From Eledone cirrhosa (taxonomy: Eukaryota), in the NCBI GenBank assembly GCA_964016885.1, contig OZ024740.1:67146001-67210000 (forward strand): a stretch of DNA of 64,000 bases, given 5' to 3'. Position 1 is the first letter of the stretch, and each line of letters starts with the position of its first letter. The position numbers and the translations under genes were made by a program. Below, piece by piece: positions 26,602 through 42,104 of this stretch. The notes beneath the pieces were generated by a model. It saw only the letters and a list, made by a program, of their open reading frames with translations. It made no database searches and had not been told where the DNA came from.

Positions 26602-27065
26602 AAATTTGTGTGAATGTCTATGTGTATGTATATAATGAATGAATTTGTGTGAGTACTTGTATTTACATTGATGCAAAAAAAAAAAATAGAATATATATTT
26701 TTGTAGAAGATTATGAAGAAGATTGATGGAAGGGCAAAATCTGATAAAAATAATAACAATAATACAAACATAAAAAAATATATATCTTCTTGTTTTCTCG
26801 CTATAAAGTTGTCTTGATGTTAAGAAGGGGAAAATATATAGAATAAACAAAAAACAAAGTTAACAGAGAATGGCAATTTAGAATGAATGAAAAAATAACT
26901 AAGTGCTACAAAGAAGATACATCATTCTGTTGTCTTTTTAATTCGTTTTGTTGTTATTGTTTTTACTCTTTTTTATCCTTTTAAAATACAAGTTGCCACA
27001 GACATCTTGAAAGCTTAAATTCTTTATTCTATTTCAGTTTATTTCATTATTCTATTTTAAATTGT

Positions 27066-27079
27066 ACTACTACTGCTGG

Positions 27080-27153
<74 letters not shown>

Positions 27154-27170
27154 GTACTGCTGCTGCTGCT
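27066..27170. repeat. (CTA)n/(CTG)n microsatellite
   Basis: Directly visible. Confidence 0.95.
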
Positions 27171-27294
27171 GTGTTTTTTTTCCTTCATCATTTTCTCCTT
27201 CTTTTTCTTCTTATTTTAATTGGTCTTTTTGCTCCCTCTCGTAAATTTATTTATTTACCTGTCAAAACTTATTTATTGTATTTTGTTGTTGTTG

Positions 27295-30292
27295 TGTAAG
27301 GCATACAAGCCCTTGGACTTTGCCCAGTGAAGGGGAAAGAATAATATTTGGGCCTTTTGGCCCAAAAGACCCAAATATTTCAACTCTTTTACATTTAAAA
27401 AAAATATAAAAAAAAAAAAGAAATGGCTGAGTCACGCCCCCCCCCCCCCCCCCAGCGGTGCATTATAGTTGCATCTCAGCACAAACCAAAAGGACAGCTT
27501 TAATTCAACAAGCAGATGTCGAAGTCGCGCTGAGTTGCATCAGAAAAGACACCGAATACATAGAGAGGGGGCAGACAATACGGCACCATTTCGGTGCTGT
27601 TCAATTCAGAAGCCCTCGCTATGAAACACGCTATGACTCCTTGCAAAACCAGCAAGGTCATAATGTACCCCTCCCACATGGGAAAAAGAACGGATCGTTT
27701 CCGCATTCCCAGAATCCCACCAGGACTTGACATGCGGTGGCTTCTGGGATGTGTGATTGTGGAGGGGATGGATACAGTCCCGATAGAAGTGACAAGAACG
27801 GCCAGAGAGGACTGGTCCGGGGTTGACCTGGAGATACTTCTTCAGATCAGGCCCGAGAATGTGAAGACAACTCCGGACCACATCCGCTTTCAGAATGGGA
27901 CGGTCATTCACATTCTGACCGTGGGCAAAAGGCCGCATTGTTTTGTTTGTCGGCTGCATGAGGCGAAAGTCATCCGGTCTGGATGGTCTGCCCTACGACC
28001 GTTACGTAAATATGCGAAACTTTTTCTCCATTCTTCTCGAAGCTCTAAGCTGGCAGCAGAACGGGAGTATTCCCAGTTCCGTGAGCCGGGGCGTAGTGAC
28101 GCTGATGAGGAAAGACGAGAACAAGAGGGACATATTAGACAATTTCAGTCCCATAACTCTGCTCCACACAGAGTTTAAGATTTTGGCCAGGGTGTTAGCG
28201 AAGAAGTTGGCGCTTGTCGTCGGGGATTTGGTTGGGGAGGCGCAAACTTTCGCAATCCCAACCTGGTCCATACACGACAACCTCCACCTAATGCGATACA
28301 TCATAGAAAGGGTTGAGTATAAACCTGGCTTCGGTGGGGTTATGATCAATTTAGATCAATCGAAAGCATTTGATAGGTTCAACCATCGGTACATGGAGGC
28401 TGTCCTCAAGGCGGCTGGCTTCGGCCCCGTCTTCAGAAGCTGGATCGATGCAATGCACAGCGGCACCTGCTCGGTGGTCAATATTAATGGCCAACTCTCG
28501 GAACCGTTTATGGTCTCCCGATCGGTCCGTCAAGGGTGCCCTCTCTCCCCACTTCTGTTCGTATTGACTCTCGAGCCTTTAATGCGGAAGCTGGAGCTGT
28601 TGCAGAGCATTCCGCTCGAACCGGGACGCGGATAGGCTGTGTGGGTTATGCGGACGACATCACCGTGATGGTGTCGGACACCTCAGAAATCGAGGTGGTC
28701 GGCAACTTATTGGAGGAATATGAAAGGTTGACGGGAGCAAAACTTAACCCGGAGAAGTCGGTGGGCTTGCAACTCGGCACCTGTTGAGGCAAGTCCATGC
28801 CGTCCAACAGCGTCGTTAGGCGCTGGACGGACGGACCGATAAAGTTGCTCGGGGTTTGGTTCGAGCCAGACCTCCAGGCGGATAAGAATTGGGACGACGT
28901 GACGGGCAGGGTAGCCAGTCTCACCCAGAAATGGGCTGCGAGAAAGCTATCACTGAAAGGTCGGATAGAGGTGGCGAACGCGTACATCTCGTCCGGCATC
29001 TACTACCGTCTGACTGTCGTCCCTTGCCCCCGTTCGCGCCTCGCCATCTCGGATCGGCTCCTCTTCAAATTATTGTGGAGGGGTCAGGTTCCGCTGGTGA
29101 GGAGGTCCATCTGCTGCCAGCACCCTCTACGTGGAGGGCTGGGCATGCCGTGGCTAATGATGATCAGACACGCGCTCAGGCTGCGGCATCTCCAGATATT
29201 CTGCCTAAACGGTGAACAGGTGTGGTCGCCGTTTGTCAGACGGGCCTTTCCGCAGCTGGTCTCTTTGACTGAGCTGCAGTCCTTTGTCAAGAAGAGACCG
29301 AGACTGGGTGACTGGCATCAGGAATGTTGCCAGGCACTCACTGCCCTCTACCAGGCGAGCAATGCGGTCAGTGGAACTTCCACTCTCGAGTTCTATAGAG
29401 AATTTGTGGTGGGCAAATGCGACGACGCACTTGGAGAGGCTCTGGGAGTCGACGAAGTCAAACTAACCAGTCTGTTCCGGAGGACTTTCGAGCCGGGGAC
29501 GATGGATAATTTCCAAAAATCCCTCGCTTGGCAGTGCTACCGGGTTGGGGGGGGGGGGGGGGGTACCGGTTGGAGATAAACTCTATAGACACGGAAGTGA
29601 TGTCAGACGTATCTGCCCGAGATGCGCGCAGAGCGACGAAACCATTCTGCACGCACTTGTCCAGTGTCCGTGCATTATTGACTTGTGGAGATATGTCGAA
29701 CAGCTGTTGTCGCGTGTAGAACGGATCCGGCTATCGGCCGAGTCCATAGTGAAGATCGACCCGCCGCCTTCCTTTGGCCAGGAAGGGCAGGCAATTTTCC
29801 TCTGTCTGGTGGCAGTAGCGAAAGAGGTTTTTTGGTGGACGAGGTTGAAAGGACTGAAGAGAGACACTTTTCTCTTCGGCCAATCCCTCATCAACTTTTC
29901 AAGTTTCACTTGGAAAGGAAGGTGAGGGTGGAGAGAGAAGTGCTGCTCACCAGTACATTTGCCGAAAGGTGGGTGAATGTGGCGAGAATCGCCCGTGTGA
30001 ATGGGCCTTCTCTGGTCATGCACCTGTAGGTGGGTAAATTTGAGGAGGAGAGGGGTGCTCTTCCAGGAGGCTCTCGAAGAATCGGGCCGTTTAGGATTGG
30101 TGGGGTACCTGAGCAAACCTTGGATTTTCATCCCCCCTATTGGGAAATTTTTCTTGTATTTTTCTTGTTACTTTGTTATTGTGATTCATATTGTTTACTC
30201 GATTTTTCTGTAAAACCCCACTGTCCCAGTCTTTTGTATTGTCCCCTAAATGTCGGCCCTTATGGCCAATAAATGAAATCATTATTATTATT
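27295..30292 (+). mobile_element. Internally deleted Tx1-clade LINE (ORF1 remnant joined to ORF2 RT; APE domain missing), (ATT)n tail
   Basis: ORF1 GKRPHCFVC is joined at ~27950 to ...SGLDGLPY. LDQSKAFDR, RQGCPLSP, YADD and CPRC follow; stop at 30029, then AATAAA and (ATT)n. Confidence 0.88.
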
Positions 30293-30426
30293 GGTCTGGA
30301 TTGGCAGTATCGGTAGAGGGTCGGACGCTATGCTTTGACACAAAGAGTTACGGCCCTTTCCATTCTGAGTTCAAATTCCGCCGTGGTTAAGTTTGCCTTT
30401 CATCCTTACGGGGTCGATAAAATAAA
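30293..30426 (+). mobile_element. 3'-truncated CORE-type SINE
   Basis: GGATTGGCAGTATCGGTAGAGGGTCGGACGC...GAGTTCAAATTCC...GGGGTCGATAAAAT. Confidence 0.8.
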
Positions 30427-30596
30427 ATGAAATAATCGAAAAAAAACAAAACAAACAAAATTGGGCTGAGCCACGCCCCCCAGCGATATGTTTGCTGTCG
30501 TGTGACAACGACGTAAAAGTTGAGAGGATGCTACTGCGAAATTAACAGAAATTGATACAACAAACACCACAACAAACAATGTGAACAAAGACAGCA

Positions 30597-31337
30597 ATGA
30601 TTCTGTTGGTGAGGCGGTCCATCTGCTGCCAGCACCATCTACGTGGAGGGCTGGGCATGCCGTGGCTAATTATGCGTAGACTCGTCAAGTGTCCGAGCAT
30701 TGCTGAGTTGTGGGTTTATGTCGAACACCTGCTGTCGCGTGTAGGACGGATTCAGCTATCAGCTGAGTCCATCGTGAGGATTGCCCCGCCATCGTACTTT
30801 AGCCGGGAAGGGCAGGCAGTTTCTATCTTTTTGGTGGCCCTGGCGAAAGAGATAGTATGGTGGACGCGTTTGAAAGGGCTGAAGACGAGCACTTACTTCT
30901 TCGGTGATGCCCTGTTAACTTTTTCAAATTTCATTTGAAAAGGAAAATCAGGGTAGAGTGGGAAATGCTTTCTTCCCAGCATTATGTTAAAAGATGGGTG
31001 AGAGAGTCAAGAATCGCCGGGGTGAATGGGCCTACTCTGAGTATGTGCCTGTAAATTAAGGGTGGAACCCTGGGAGAGGGCTGTTGCCCTTGTGGTCAGG
31101 GTCACCGTGGCTTTTTTAATGGGCTTTCTCCACGAATGTCCCTCGGAAGTCTCTCCCCCCCCCCCCTATTGGGGAATTTTTCATTGTATCCTTTTTTTGT
31201 TACATGCTATGTTTCATTTTTTTCTACACGCAGAAATACCCATTTGTACCGTCCTGTATTATCCTGTATAGTCCTTAATGTCTTACTTTGTGTAAACCAT
31301 TGTGGTTAATAAAGAAAGCATTATTATTATTATTATT
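30597..31337 (+). mobile_element. 5'-truncated, internally deleted Tx1 LINE 3' end (same subfamily as 31338-37289)
   Basis: Close match to 36060-36140 and 36610-37240; (ATT)n tail. Confidence 0.85.
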
Positions 31338-31541
31338 GGCGACCTACGTAGTAAATCGTATGATCGTGAGCTCCGCAAAGGTTTGTTATTTCCGTTTGTT
31401 AAAAATTGTCATTTATGGAAAATTTTATTAACTGTTTATAAGCGCACATACATTGTTTTCCGAAAAGGACACCCAAAAAGATTGGGGCCTTGTGCCCAAA
31501 ATTTAAACTTTTATTATTATCAAAAAAAATTCTTTGAAAAT

Positions 31542-33533
31542 AATGGCTAATTCACCTCTGCACGAAGCAGCTGAAAGCGTTCCTCACAAATGAACACCTC
31601 ACACCGACACCACCATTGTAAATGTTACTACGTTTGCCAACACCAAAAAAAATATAAGCACTAGCAATATTTTAAATTTGTCTCAGGCAGACATTCATTT
31701 CCCGCCATTACCAATGACTGCAGGTGTTAAAGTCTCCACCACCACCACCACCACCGCGACAACCACCACCACCACCACCACCGCGACAACAGAAACAAAA
31801 GAAGAAAAAAATAAATTAACTCGTGATGTCGAAATGAAATCAAGCAAAATGGACTCTTCCCCACCAAAGACGACTGACGTCACCACCACCACAACTGAAA
31901 CTAAAATTAATATTAACGATAGCAACAACAACAACAATGACATTATAACCCCCCCCCCCTCAGTTTCGCCAGAGTAGCAAAACAGTTCGAAGCATTTAGG
32001 GTAACTCAGGAGGATTTAGAAAATGCCAAACAAATGGTAAAGAAAGATGGGTACAGGGTCAGCCTCACCCCCCCACCTAATAAAATGGAGCATCGGCGCC
32101 TATGCACCATGTCGTATAGAACAATAAATGTAAAATCGCGCCAAGTGGAACGGGCATCCGAGTCCCAAATCCAAAAAGCTTTGGGACATGTGTGGGCAAG
32201 AAAAACCCACATCAGACGTGGGCAAAAGTATGGAACCGTGGATGTGTTCTTTGAAACACCAGAGGAGGCTAGAGAACACTCCATGGCCCCATTAAAAAGT
32301 GACGACTTCACACTCGTCCCAAGCTATTGTGGCCAGAGACTCGTAAAGATCAGGGTGACCCACGTTCCACCGGCCATCGAAATTCCCTGGCAAATAGCGG
32401 CTGTCCTCGCCGGCATCGAAGCCAACACGAAAATAATAGCAATAGCAAAAGAAAAGCAGGAGAACTGGTCCGGATCTGGGATGGAGCTCCTGATCCAAGC
32501 GGACCAAAAAAGCATTGAGGAGATCCCAGAGGTAATAGACCTCACTGACGGCAGCCACCTCACGGTAATTGTCGAGGGCAGAAGACCTAGGTGTGTCGTT
32601 TGTGGTGAAGGAACCCACCTAAGGGCTTTCTGCCCTCAGGCTAAAAGGTTGAGGCAAACCTCTCCTACCCACCCCAGTGACACAACCATCAACACCACCA
32701 GTAGCAGAGATGGCAGCAACAACTGTAGCAGCAAAAACAAAAGCAACTATAACAGCAACAACCCCAGCAACAGTAGCAAAACCAACACCACCACCACCAC
32801 CAGCAAAACCAACACCACCACCACCCAACGCTTCAGAACTAGCACCAGCGCCTACACCATCCACCACGCCACAACCAAAACTAACGGCTGTGGAGGATTT
32901 TCCACTCCCCGGCCTATCACAACTGGAGACAGATTGTGACGACGAGGAGTGGGAAACGATATCCGGAAAAAAAAAAGAAACCAAAAAAGAAAAAATTCTC
33001 TTCCTTCCCCCTCCAAAAACAAAATACAGAGGGAAACAAATAAATTAAGAAACAAGAAAGTTAGGACAGATATGCCACCATCCACACCAGCATCACCAAC
33101 CCCATCAACCCAAACACCAACACCATCACCATCATTAACCCCAACACCACCATCACCTACACCACAAAAGTCACCAAAATGCGAAACAGAAACAAACCCA
33201 CAACAAACGCAAACAAAACAAAACAACCAAAACGATACACACTAGACAGCATTAAATTTGAACAACAAGCAATTATTACACTACATCCAACACAACACCA
33301 GCATCACAGAAAAAGACTACACAACAATCCCAAAATTCACACCACCTCCACACATACAAATCACTCGCATCACACAGAAAACGTACATGACACTAAAACA
33401 AAAATTCCCCAAAGACATCGGAGACTTCCGACAAGCACTCTCCAGGAGGATTTATAAGGACATCCTTCCTGAGGAGGCCACAAGCAGTGAAAAGGATGGA
33501 AAAACCGTCCTTCCCCTACGAGAAGTAAGGTAA
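31542..33533 (+). pseudogene. Tx1 ORF1, frameshifted
   Basis: EGRRPRCVVCGEGTHLRAFC knuckle and Thr/Pro-rich tracts, spread over several ORFs (31678, 32034, 32677, 32949, 33258). Start position approximate. Confidence 0.75.
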
Positions 33534-33567
33534 GTGGTCTTTCCCATCTTTTCCACTCCTTTTCAAC

Positions 33568-36500
33568 ATGACCTCACTCAGAATAGGCAGCATAAATGCG
33601 CGTGGCTTGGGGTCGTCTTGGAAGCAGGGCCACCTGCTCAACGACCTCAGGTCACTAAACATAGATGTAGTGGCCATCAGCGAGACCAGAATCTCCGAAG
33701 CACAGGCTTTCGCACCGATCTTCGGCGGCTACGATGTGTACGCATCACCCAGCCGTCCGGGATCGGGGGGAGGAGTTGCTGTGCTTTTTCGGAGAGGTTT
33801 GGATCTTGCCATACGGGCCATCTTCCTGGACCCAGAAGGTAAGTTGGTGTTGCTAGACGTGACCAGCGGAGACGGGCAAGCTTTCAGGTTAGTGGCCGTT
33901 ATGCCCCGACAGGAGCAGGGCGGCCTGATTTCTTCCGGCGTCTGGAGACCTTTCTTGGAACTCCCGCTCTTTAGTGTTAGTTGGCGACTGGAACGGGATC
34001 TTAGATGCACGCTGGGATTGTGTGGGATTAGTGGATAGGGAAGGAGGGTGCAAGAGTCTAACCAACCTGCTCAGACGTTTTGAACTGTCTGACAGGTACC
34101 GAATGGATTTCCCGAATGTACCAATGTGGACTTGTACAAATCGCATAGGGTCATCCAGATCATATCTAGATAGAGTATTCTGTAGGGAAATAGATAGGTC
34201 TAGCATAGGCTGTCCACAATTCAAGATAGTCAGCTACACGGACCACAAATTCGTGATCTGTGTGCTTGACTTAGATAGGCTTCATAGACGAGGACCCGGC
34301 TACTGGAAGCTAAACGCGTCCTTACCAGCGCGCAAGGCCTACAGAGACCGGATTAGCGAACTAGTTAAGCGGGCGTTGACGAGGGCCATCGTCAACAGCA
34401 AGTGGTGGTTTGCTCTGAAAAGAGCAATTAGAATAGAGTCCATTAGGTTTAGTAAGACTTTAGCAATAGAGAAAAATAGAGCAGAGGGAGAATTAGTTAG
34501 AAAATTAGATGAGGCGCTTAGCAAAGGCATCGCGACCGACGTACTTGCGGCGAAATAGGCCCTTGACCAATTCTTCAATGCAAAGCACGAAGGCTGCGTT
34601 GTCAGAGCTAGGGTGCGTGCTCTCAGACACGAGGGGACGAAAGCCGTTCAATGGGCCCGAGTGGCGGAGGCGCGTCGTGGCAACAAAGCCACGATCCGGT
34701 CTTTGGTGGACCACGACGGGCGCATACTACTCGATCCCGGGCAAATGTGTGAAGCTTTTCAGCGACACTTCGCTCAACAGTTCGGGGGCAGTGGCGGGCC
34801 GGATCGAGGAATGGACTTTAGTGTCTACCTCGACGGACTGCCGCGGCTTTCGGCCACTGAGGCGGAGTGTTGCGAAAAGCCGATAACAACCGCTGAAGTA
34901 CGGGATGCAATGACTAGTTGCACAAGGGGTAAATCGCCTGGTTTAGATGGTCTGCCCTATGAACTTTACGTACAAATGCCAAACTTGTTCGGAGGCCTCT
35001 TGGCGGACGTCTACTGCAACTGGCAACAAAACGGGAGAATTCCCAGCTCTGTGAGCCGAGGAGCGGTGGCGCTGCTGAGAAAGGATCCGAACAAGGGGGA
35101 TAACATAGATAATTTTAGGCCCATAACTCTGTTAAACACAGAGTTCAAGATTTTGGCCAAGGTGCTAGCAAAGAGGTTGGCGCTTGTCGTTGGTGGTCTG
35201 GTGGGAGAGGCACAGACATACGCCATTCCCGACAGATCCATTCACGACAACCTCCACCTCATGCGATACATCGTAGACAGGGTAGCTAGGGAACCTGGCA
35301 CGGGTGGGTCTTTGATCAATTTAGATCAATCGAAAGCCTTCGATAGGGTCGACCATCGTTACCTAGCGGCAGTCCTGAGGGCGGCTGGCTTTGGGCCCGT
35401 CTTCAGAGGCTGGATCGCTGCCATGCACAGCGACATCTGCTCTGTAGTGAGAGTGAACGGTCACCTTTCGGAACCGTTCAACATCATGCGCTCGGTCGGC
35501 CAAGGATGTCCCCTCTCGTCCCTATTGTACGTATTGACTCTCGAGCCATTACTGCACAAACTGGAGACGTTGAGGGGGTCCCGCGCGAACTAGGATGCGG
35601 AAGATCCGTGTCAGCATATGCCGACGATGTCACCGTAGTGGTGTCGAACGCCAAACACATCGAGGCGATCGGCACTACACTAAGAGAATACGAAGCGGTG
35701 ACAGGAGCAATGATCAAACAGGAAAAGTCAGTGGGCCTGCAGCTCGGCACCTGGAGAGGCAGGTCCATGCCGTCCAACAGCGTCGTCGGGCGCTGGACGG
35801 ACGGATCAGTTAAATTGCTAGGGGTCTGGTTCGGTCCAGACCTCCAGACGGACAAAAACTGGGACGAGGTGACGAGCAGGGTGGCTTCTCTCACCCAGAA
35901 ATGGGCCGAGAGGAAGCTATCCCTGAAAGGTCGAGCGGAGGTGGCTAACGCGTACATGGCGTCCGTCATCTACTACCGCCTGACCGTCGTACCTTGTCCT
36001 AAGCCCCGCCTGACTGCGCTGGAGCGTTTGCTCTTTCGCTTCTTGTGGAAGGGACGCGCTCCGATGGTCAGGCGGTCCATCTGCTGTCAACAGCCGCTAC
36101 GTGGAGGGCTGGGCATGCCGTGCCTGATGATGCGCAGACACGCGCTCAGGCTACGACATCTCCACCTCTTCCTCGACGGTGATCAGGTGTGGTCGCCGTT
36201 TTCTAGACACGTTTTTCCCCAGCTCGTCTCCTTGACGGAGCTGCAGTCCTTGGTCAAGCGAAGACCGAGAGGGAGCGCTTGGAGGCTGGAATGTCTTCAG
36301 GCGCTCACAGCCCTCGACCAATCGGGCAATGTGATCGGTGGAAACTCCACCTTGGCGTTCTATAGGGGATTAGTGGAGGGGAAGAGCGACGACGTACTTG
36401 GAGAAACTCTAGGCGTCGACGAAAATCAACTAGCTAATCTCTTCGGAAGGACTTTCGGGCCGGGGCCTATGGACAACTTCCAGAAATCCCTGGCCTGGCA

Positions 36501-36984
36501 GTGCTACCGGGGTGCTTTGCCAGTTCGGGATAAACTTTACAGGCATGGAGGTGCCGTCAGCCGGGCATGTCCGAGATGCGCACAGGGCGACGAAACCGTC
36601 CTGCACGCACTCGTCCAGTGTCCGAGCATTTCTGACTTGTGTGTTTATGTCGAACACCTGCTGTCACGTGTAGGACGGATCCAGCTATCAGCTGAGTCCA
36701 TCGTGAGGATTGCCCCGCCATCGTACTTTAGCCGGGAAGGGCAGGCAGTTTTTATCTGTCTGGTGGCCATGGCGAAAGAGATAGTATGGTGGACACGTTT
36801 GAAAGGGCTGAAGACGAGCACTTACCTCTTCGGTGATGCCCTGATTAACTTTTTCAAATTTCATCTGAAAAGGAAAATCAGGGTAGAGAGGGAAGTGCTC
36901 TCTTCCCAGCATTTTGTTGAAAGATGGGTGAGAGAAGCAAGTATGGCCCGAATGAATGGGCCTTCTCTGAGTATGTGTCTGTAA
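33568..36984 (+). pseudogene. Tx1 ORF2 (APE, RT, zinc finger) with a few frameshifts and stops
   Basis: INARGL, SETR, GGVA, GDWN, YLDR, TDHK, KSPGLDG, FRPITLLN, LDQSKAFDRV, QGCPLS, YADD and CPRCAQGDETVLHALVQC. Confidence 0.93.
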
Positions 36985-37226
36985 ATTAAAGGTGGAAAAC
37001 TGGGAGAGGGCACTTGCCCTGGTGGTCAGGGCCACTGTGGTCTTTTAATGGGCTTTCTCCACAAATGTCCCTTTGAAGTCTCCCCCCTATTGCGGAATTT
37101 TTCTTTGTTATTTTATTTCAACCTCTGTTTTTTTACACGCAGAAATGCCCATTTGTACCGTCCTGTATTGTCCTGTACTGTCCTTAATGTCTATTTTATG
37201 TGAACCCTTGTGGTTAATAAAGAAAA

Positions 37227-37289
<63 letters not shown>

Positions 37290-37540
37290 GTTAATTCCTT
37301 TAAATATTTTATTTTAAATATGAACCATTGACAAAATGTAATCAAACTAAATGGCAGAGGAAGACAATGGATTCATCGAGAAACAACCACATACTATGTT
37401 TCTAAATGAACGAGAGAATAATAGTAAGACGAATGTGGTGAGAATGATGATGATGATGATGATAATGGAGAAGAAGAACAACAGCAACAACGAAGAAGAT
37501 GAAGACTCCACCCTAACGGATCCTCTCAGGAATGAGTGGC

Positions 37541-38112
37541 CGAAGAAGAAGAAGAAGAAGAAGAAGAAGAAGAAGAAGAAGAAGAAGAAGAAGAAGAAGA
37601 AGAAGAAGAAGAAGAAGAAGAAGAAGAAGAAGAAGAAGAAGAAGAAGAAGAAGAAGAAGAAGAAGAAGAAGAAGACAAATAAGTAGGAGAAGAAGAAGAA
37701 GAAGAAGAAGAAGAAGAAGAAGAAGAAGAAGAAGGGGAAAAATAAGTAGGAGGAGAAGAAGAAGAAGAAGAAGAAGAAGAAGAAGAAGAAGAAGAAGAAG
37801 AAGAAGAAGAAGAAGAAGAAGAAGAAGAAGAAGATGAAAAATAAGTAGGAGGAGGAGGAGAAGAAGAAGAAGAAGAAGAAGAAGAAGAAGAAGAAGAAGA
37901 AGAAGAAGAAGAAGAAGAAGAAGAAGAAGAAGAAGAAGAAGGGGAAAAAATAAGTAGGAGGAGGAGGAGAAGAAGAAGAAGAAGAAGAAGAAGAAGAAAA
38001 AGAAGAAGAAGAAGAAGAAGAAGAAGAAGGAGAAGAAGAAGAAGAAGAAGAAGAAGAAGAAGAAGAAGAAGAAGAAGAAGAAGAAGAACAACAACAACAA
38101 CAACAACAACAA
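37541..38112. repeat. Long (GAA)n polypurine tract with recurring AAATAAGTAGGA interruptions, ending in (CAA)n
   Basis: Directly visible; four interruptions at about 37677, 37740, 37839 and 37948. Confidence 0.95.
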
Positions 38113-38508
38113 GTTGATGATGATGGTAATGATGGTCCTCATTATCATCATCATCATCTTCTACTTTGTTTTTGTTTTTCTGTAGAGGTATATGGCAAAA
38201 ATAAATTGAAGGAAATTAAAAGAAAAAGAAAAAACAAAACATGTAAAAATTATTTTGAGAAGAATTGATATAAATGCATGAAGGAATAGATGTGTAAAAA
38301 AGGAAAAGAATATGATATCAAAAATAGTTTTTTACGGATGAAATAAATGTATAAAATTAAAACAGAAAAAAATATGGCTTTCAAACTATAAACATAGACA
38401 TCCATCAAGGCTGTGAAGATAGAAAATGACAAGCAAAGAAATAAATAAAGCAAATAATAAAGAATGAAAGGTAGTTAGATAGATAGGTTGATGGATAGGC
38501 AAACAGAC

Positions 38509-38582
<74 letters not shown>

Positions 38583-39361
38583 GGTAAGTGGGTGTGTACT
38601 TATTTGGGTGTATGTCATGGTGTGTGAGTGTGTATATATATATATATATGAGTTAAGTGGGCGTGTGAGGGATTAGGTGTGTGTGTGAGTGTATGTGTGT
38701 ATAAATATATATATATATACACACACACACACACTCTCATACACACCTAATCCCACACATATATATATGTATATATATATACAGAGGAGAGAGGAAAAGA
38801 AAAAGAGAGATTGAGAGAGAAGGAAACAAGGAAAAAACGAAAGATTGACAGATAAAAAGAAATGATAAAGAAAGGAAGAAAGAAAGAATAATAGTAAAGA
38901 AAACACAAAAAAGTGGAGGGGCATGAAGAGAAGGAGAGGATAAGGAGGCAATGAAAATAAATGACAACTAAAGCGGCGAAGTGAAGGAGAAAGCGGTGTG
39001 GAACGTAGTTTGCGATGAAAGTAGAAGAATCAAGGCGAATAGATTGAAAATAATAATGAATAATAATACTATCAATACGATCATCAACAACAACCACAAC
39101 TAAAGGAACAATAAGAACGACAACAATAGCAATAACAATAACAACAATTTTAACAACACAAGGTACATAGTTTTCAAGAAATGTGCACGAATATTAAGAT
39201 AATAATAACAAAAAAGACTATAGACCACAAAATGGGTTTGACAATAGAGAACAAAATCAGCCCAAAGTGTGAACGATAGAAACGTGTCATTAACGCGACA
39301 TGTGGAAAATGTTATTAGCTATATAAGTGCCGTGCACTACGGAGCGAAAATAATATGAATA

Positions 39362-39393
<32 letters not shown>

Positions 39394-39745
39394 GGTCGAG
39401 ATAACATGTGATCGTTTTGACTGCTGCTGTTTCTACTGGTAGTAGATTGACCTCTCCGCCTCTGCCTTCTATCTTTGCACACGGTACTGGACATAATTGC
39501 TTCCACATCATTCATTCCCATCTCGGGAACGATTTTGAATAGCGCCAGTTCGTAATTCGAACTCGGGAATTTTATATTCTCCGAGTGAAAAGAACCTTCT
39601 GACGAGAGTTTTTCTTTTCAATGGAGGCCCGTAAGGACTTTCCATTTATTTTTGAGACTTGAAACCGTACAGTAAAGGTAACCATAGCAGAGACAGTGAA
39701 TTTTTTTAATTTATTTTAAAACTTCTTCTTATTTGCTAAACCTTG

Positions 39746-39838
<93 letters not shown>

Positions 39839-40049
39839 GAATGGTAGAGTTAGTAACTCATACTGAAACCCTGTAATTAACAAGCACCTAAAAGTGAAAA
39901 TTTCACCTCGTGCGATTTACTATGTTTATTGCTGTATATATATATATTTGGTTCTTTACCACACTTCCTTCGTTATATATATATATATTCTTTTCCTTTT
40001 TTTCAAATACACACACACATATGTATATATATATATATATATATATATG

Positions 40050-41017
<968 letters not shown>

Positions 41018-41847
41018 ATGTGTGTGGGTGTAAATATATATATGTGTGTGTGTGTGTATTCTCTAAGTTGATAGCACAACAGTAAAGCATTCAAATATTT
41101 AAAGCTCAGATGTGGTTTATTCAATACCCAGATTACCGTAAGTTATTTCAGAGGTACATCCAGTTAGTTTACTTCCCGTTATCTTAGATTTATAATCAGA
41201 GAGCATAATATTAACACAAAAGTTTGATCACCAATAACCAACAATAAATACGTTATTTATTTTATTTACACATGTTTCATTCTCTTCAATACCTTTACAG
41301 AGAAATAATCAAGATCAATTATATACAACATTTAAAAGATGTTTATTTAGCGACTGTTGTGGGTGCGTACCCTCTTTTTTGAAGCGACAAAATGTCAAAT
41401 CGTTCTCTATTCAATATACGGTGAACTATTTTAACTCTATTTTCAATAATTTCAATCGGCACAGTTTTTTAATTCAGAGCTACTCATGTAAACAGACGGC
41501 GATTGTAATTTGAAAATCGCAGTAGAACCTTTCGTAGTAAGTTATTTTTTACTATAGAAAATAGTCCAATAACAGGGCATTCAAGCACCGACAAACATTA
41601 AATAAAATGATATATTCACATGCAGTCAAAATACGATGGACAAAATGTGACAGTAACGTCTACGATTCATTATGCTGAGACGAACTGGTAGGTTTTTCAT
41701 AAAAAAAACTAGTCTTAAACTAGGTTTCCAGTTTCACTGAGACGATCCATAGATGTGCATATATATACTGAAACTCACACACATACAAACACATACATGT
41801 ACAAACATGCACATACACACCCATTCACACCCAGCATATAAATATAT

Positions 41848-41879
<32 letters not shown>

Positions 41880-41884
<5 letters not shown>

Positions 41885-42073
41885 GGAACGAGTAGGACCC
41901 CGACGGCTGAGCTCAAGCCGTTTCGACGGCTAATCCAGTCCAGAATTAGCCGTCGAAATGGCTTGAGCTCAGCCATCGGGGTCCTACTCGTTCCTATTAC
42001 CCACTCTACTACCCTAAGTATTGAGTACTTTGGTGCGTTATGGTCCATCTGGTTCCTTACCACATTTCCTTCG

Positions 42074-42077
<4 letters not shown>
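41880..42077 (+). mobile_element. Foldback element with half-hammerhead (copy 2)
   Basis: Palindrome ATAGGAACGAGTAGGACCCC...GGGGTCCTACTCGTTCCTAT plus tail, in (TA)n. Confidence 0.78.

Positions 42078-42104
<27 letters not shown>

Larger units (their letters stand above)
31338..37289 (+). mobile_element. Full-length Tx1-clade LINE bounded by (ATT)n on both sides
   Basis: Starts directly after the (ATT)n tail of the previous copy and ends in ~20 ATT units. Carries ORF1 and ORF2. Confidence 0.9.
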
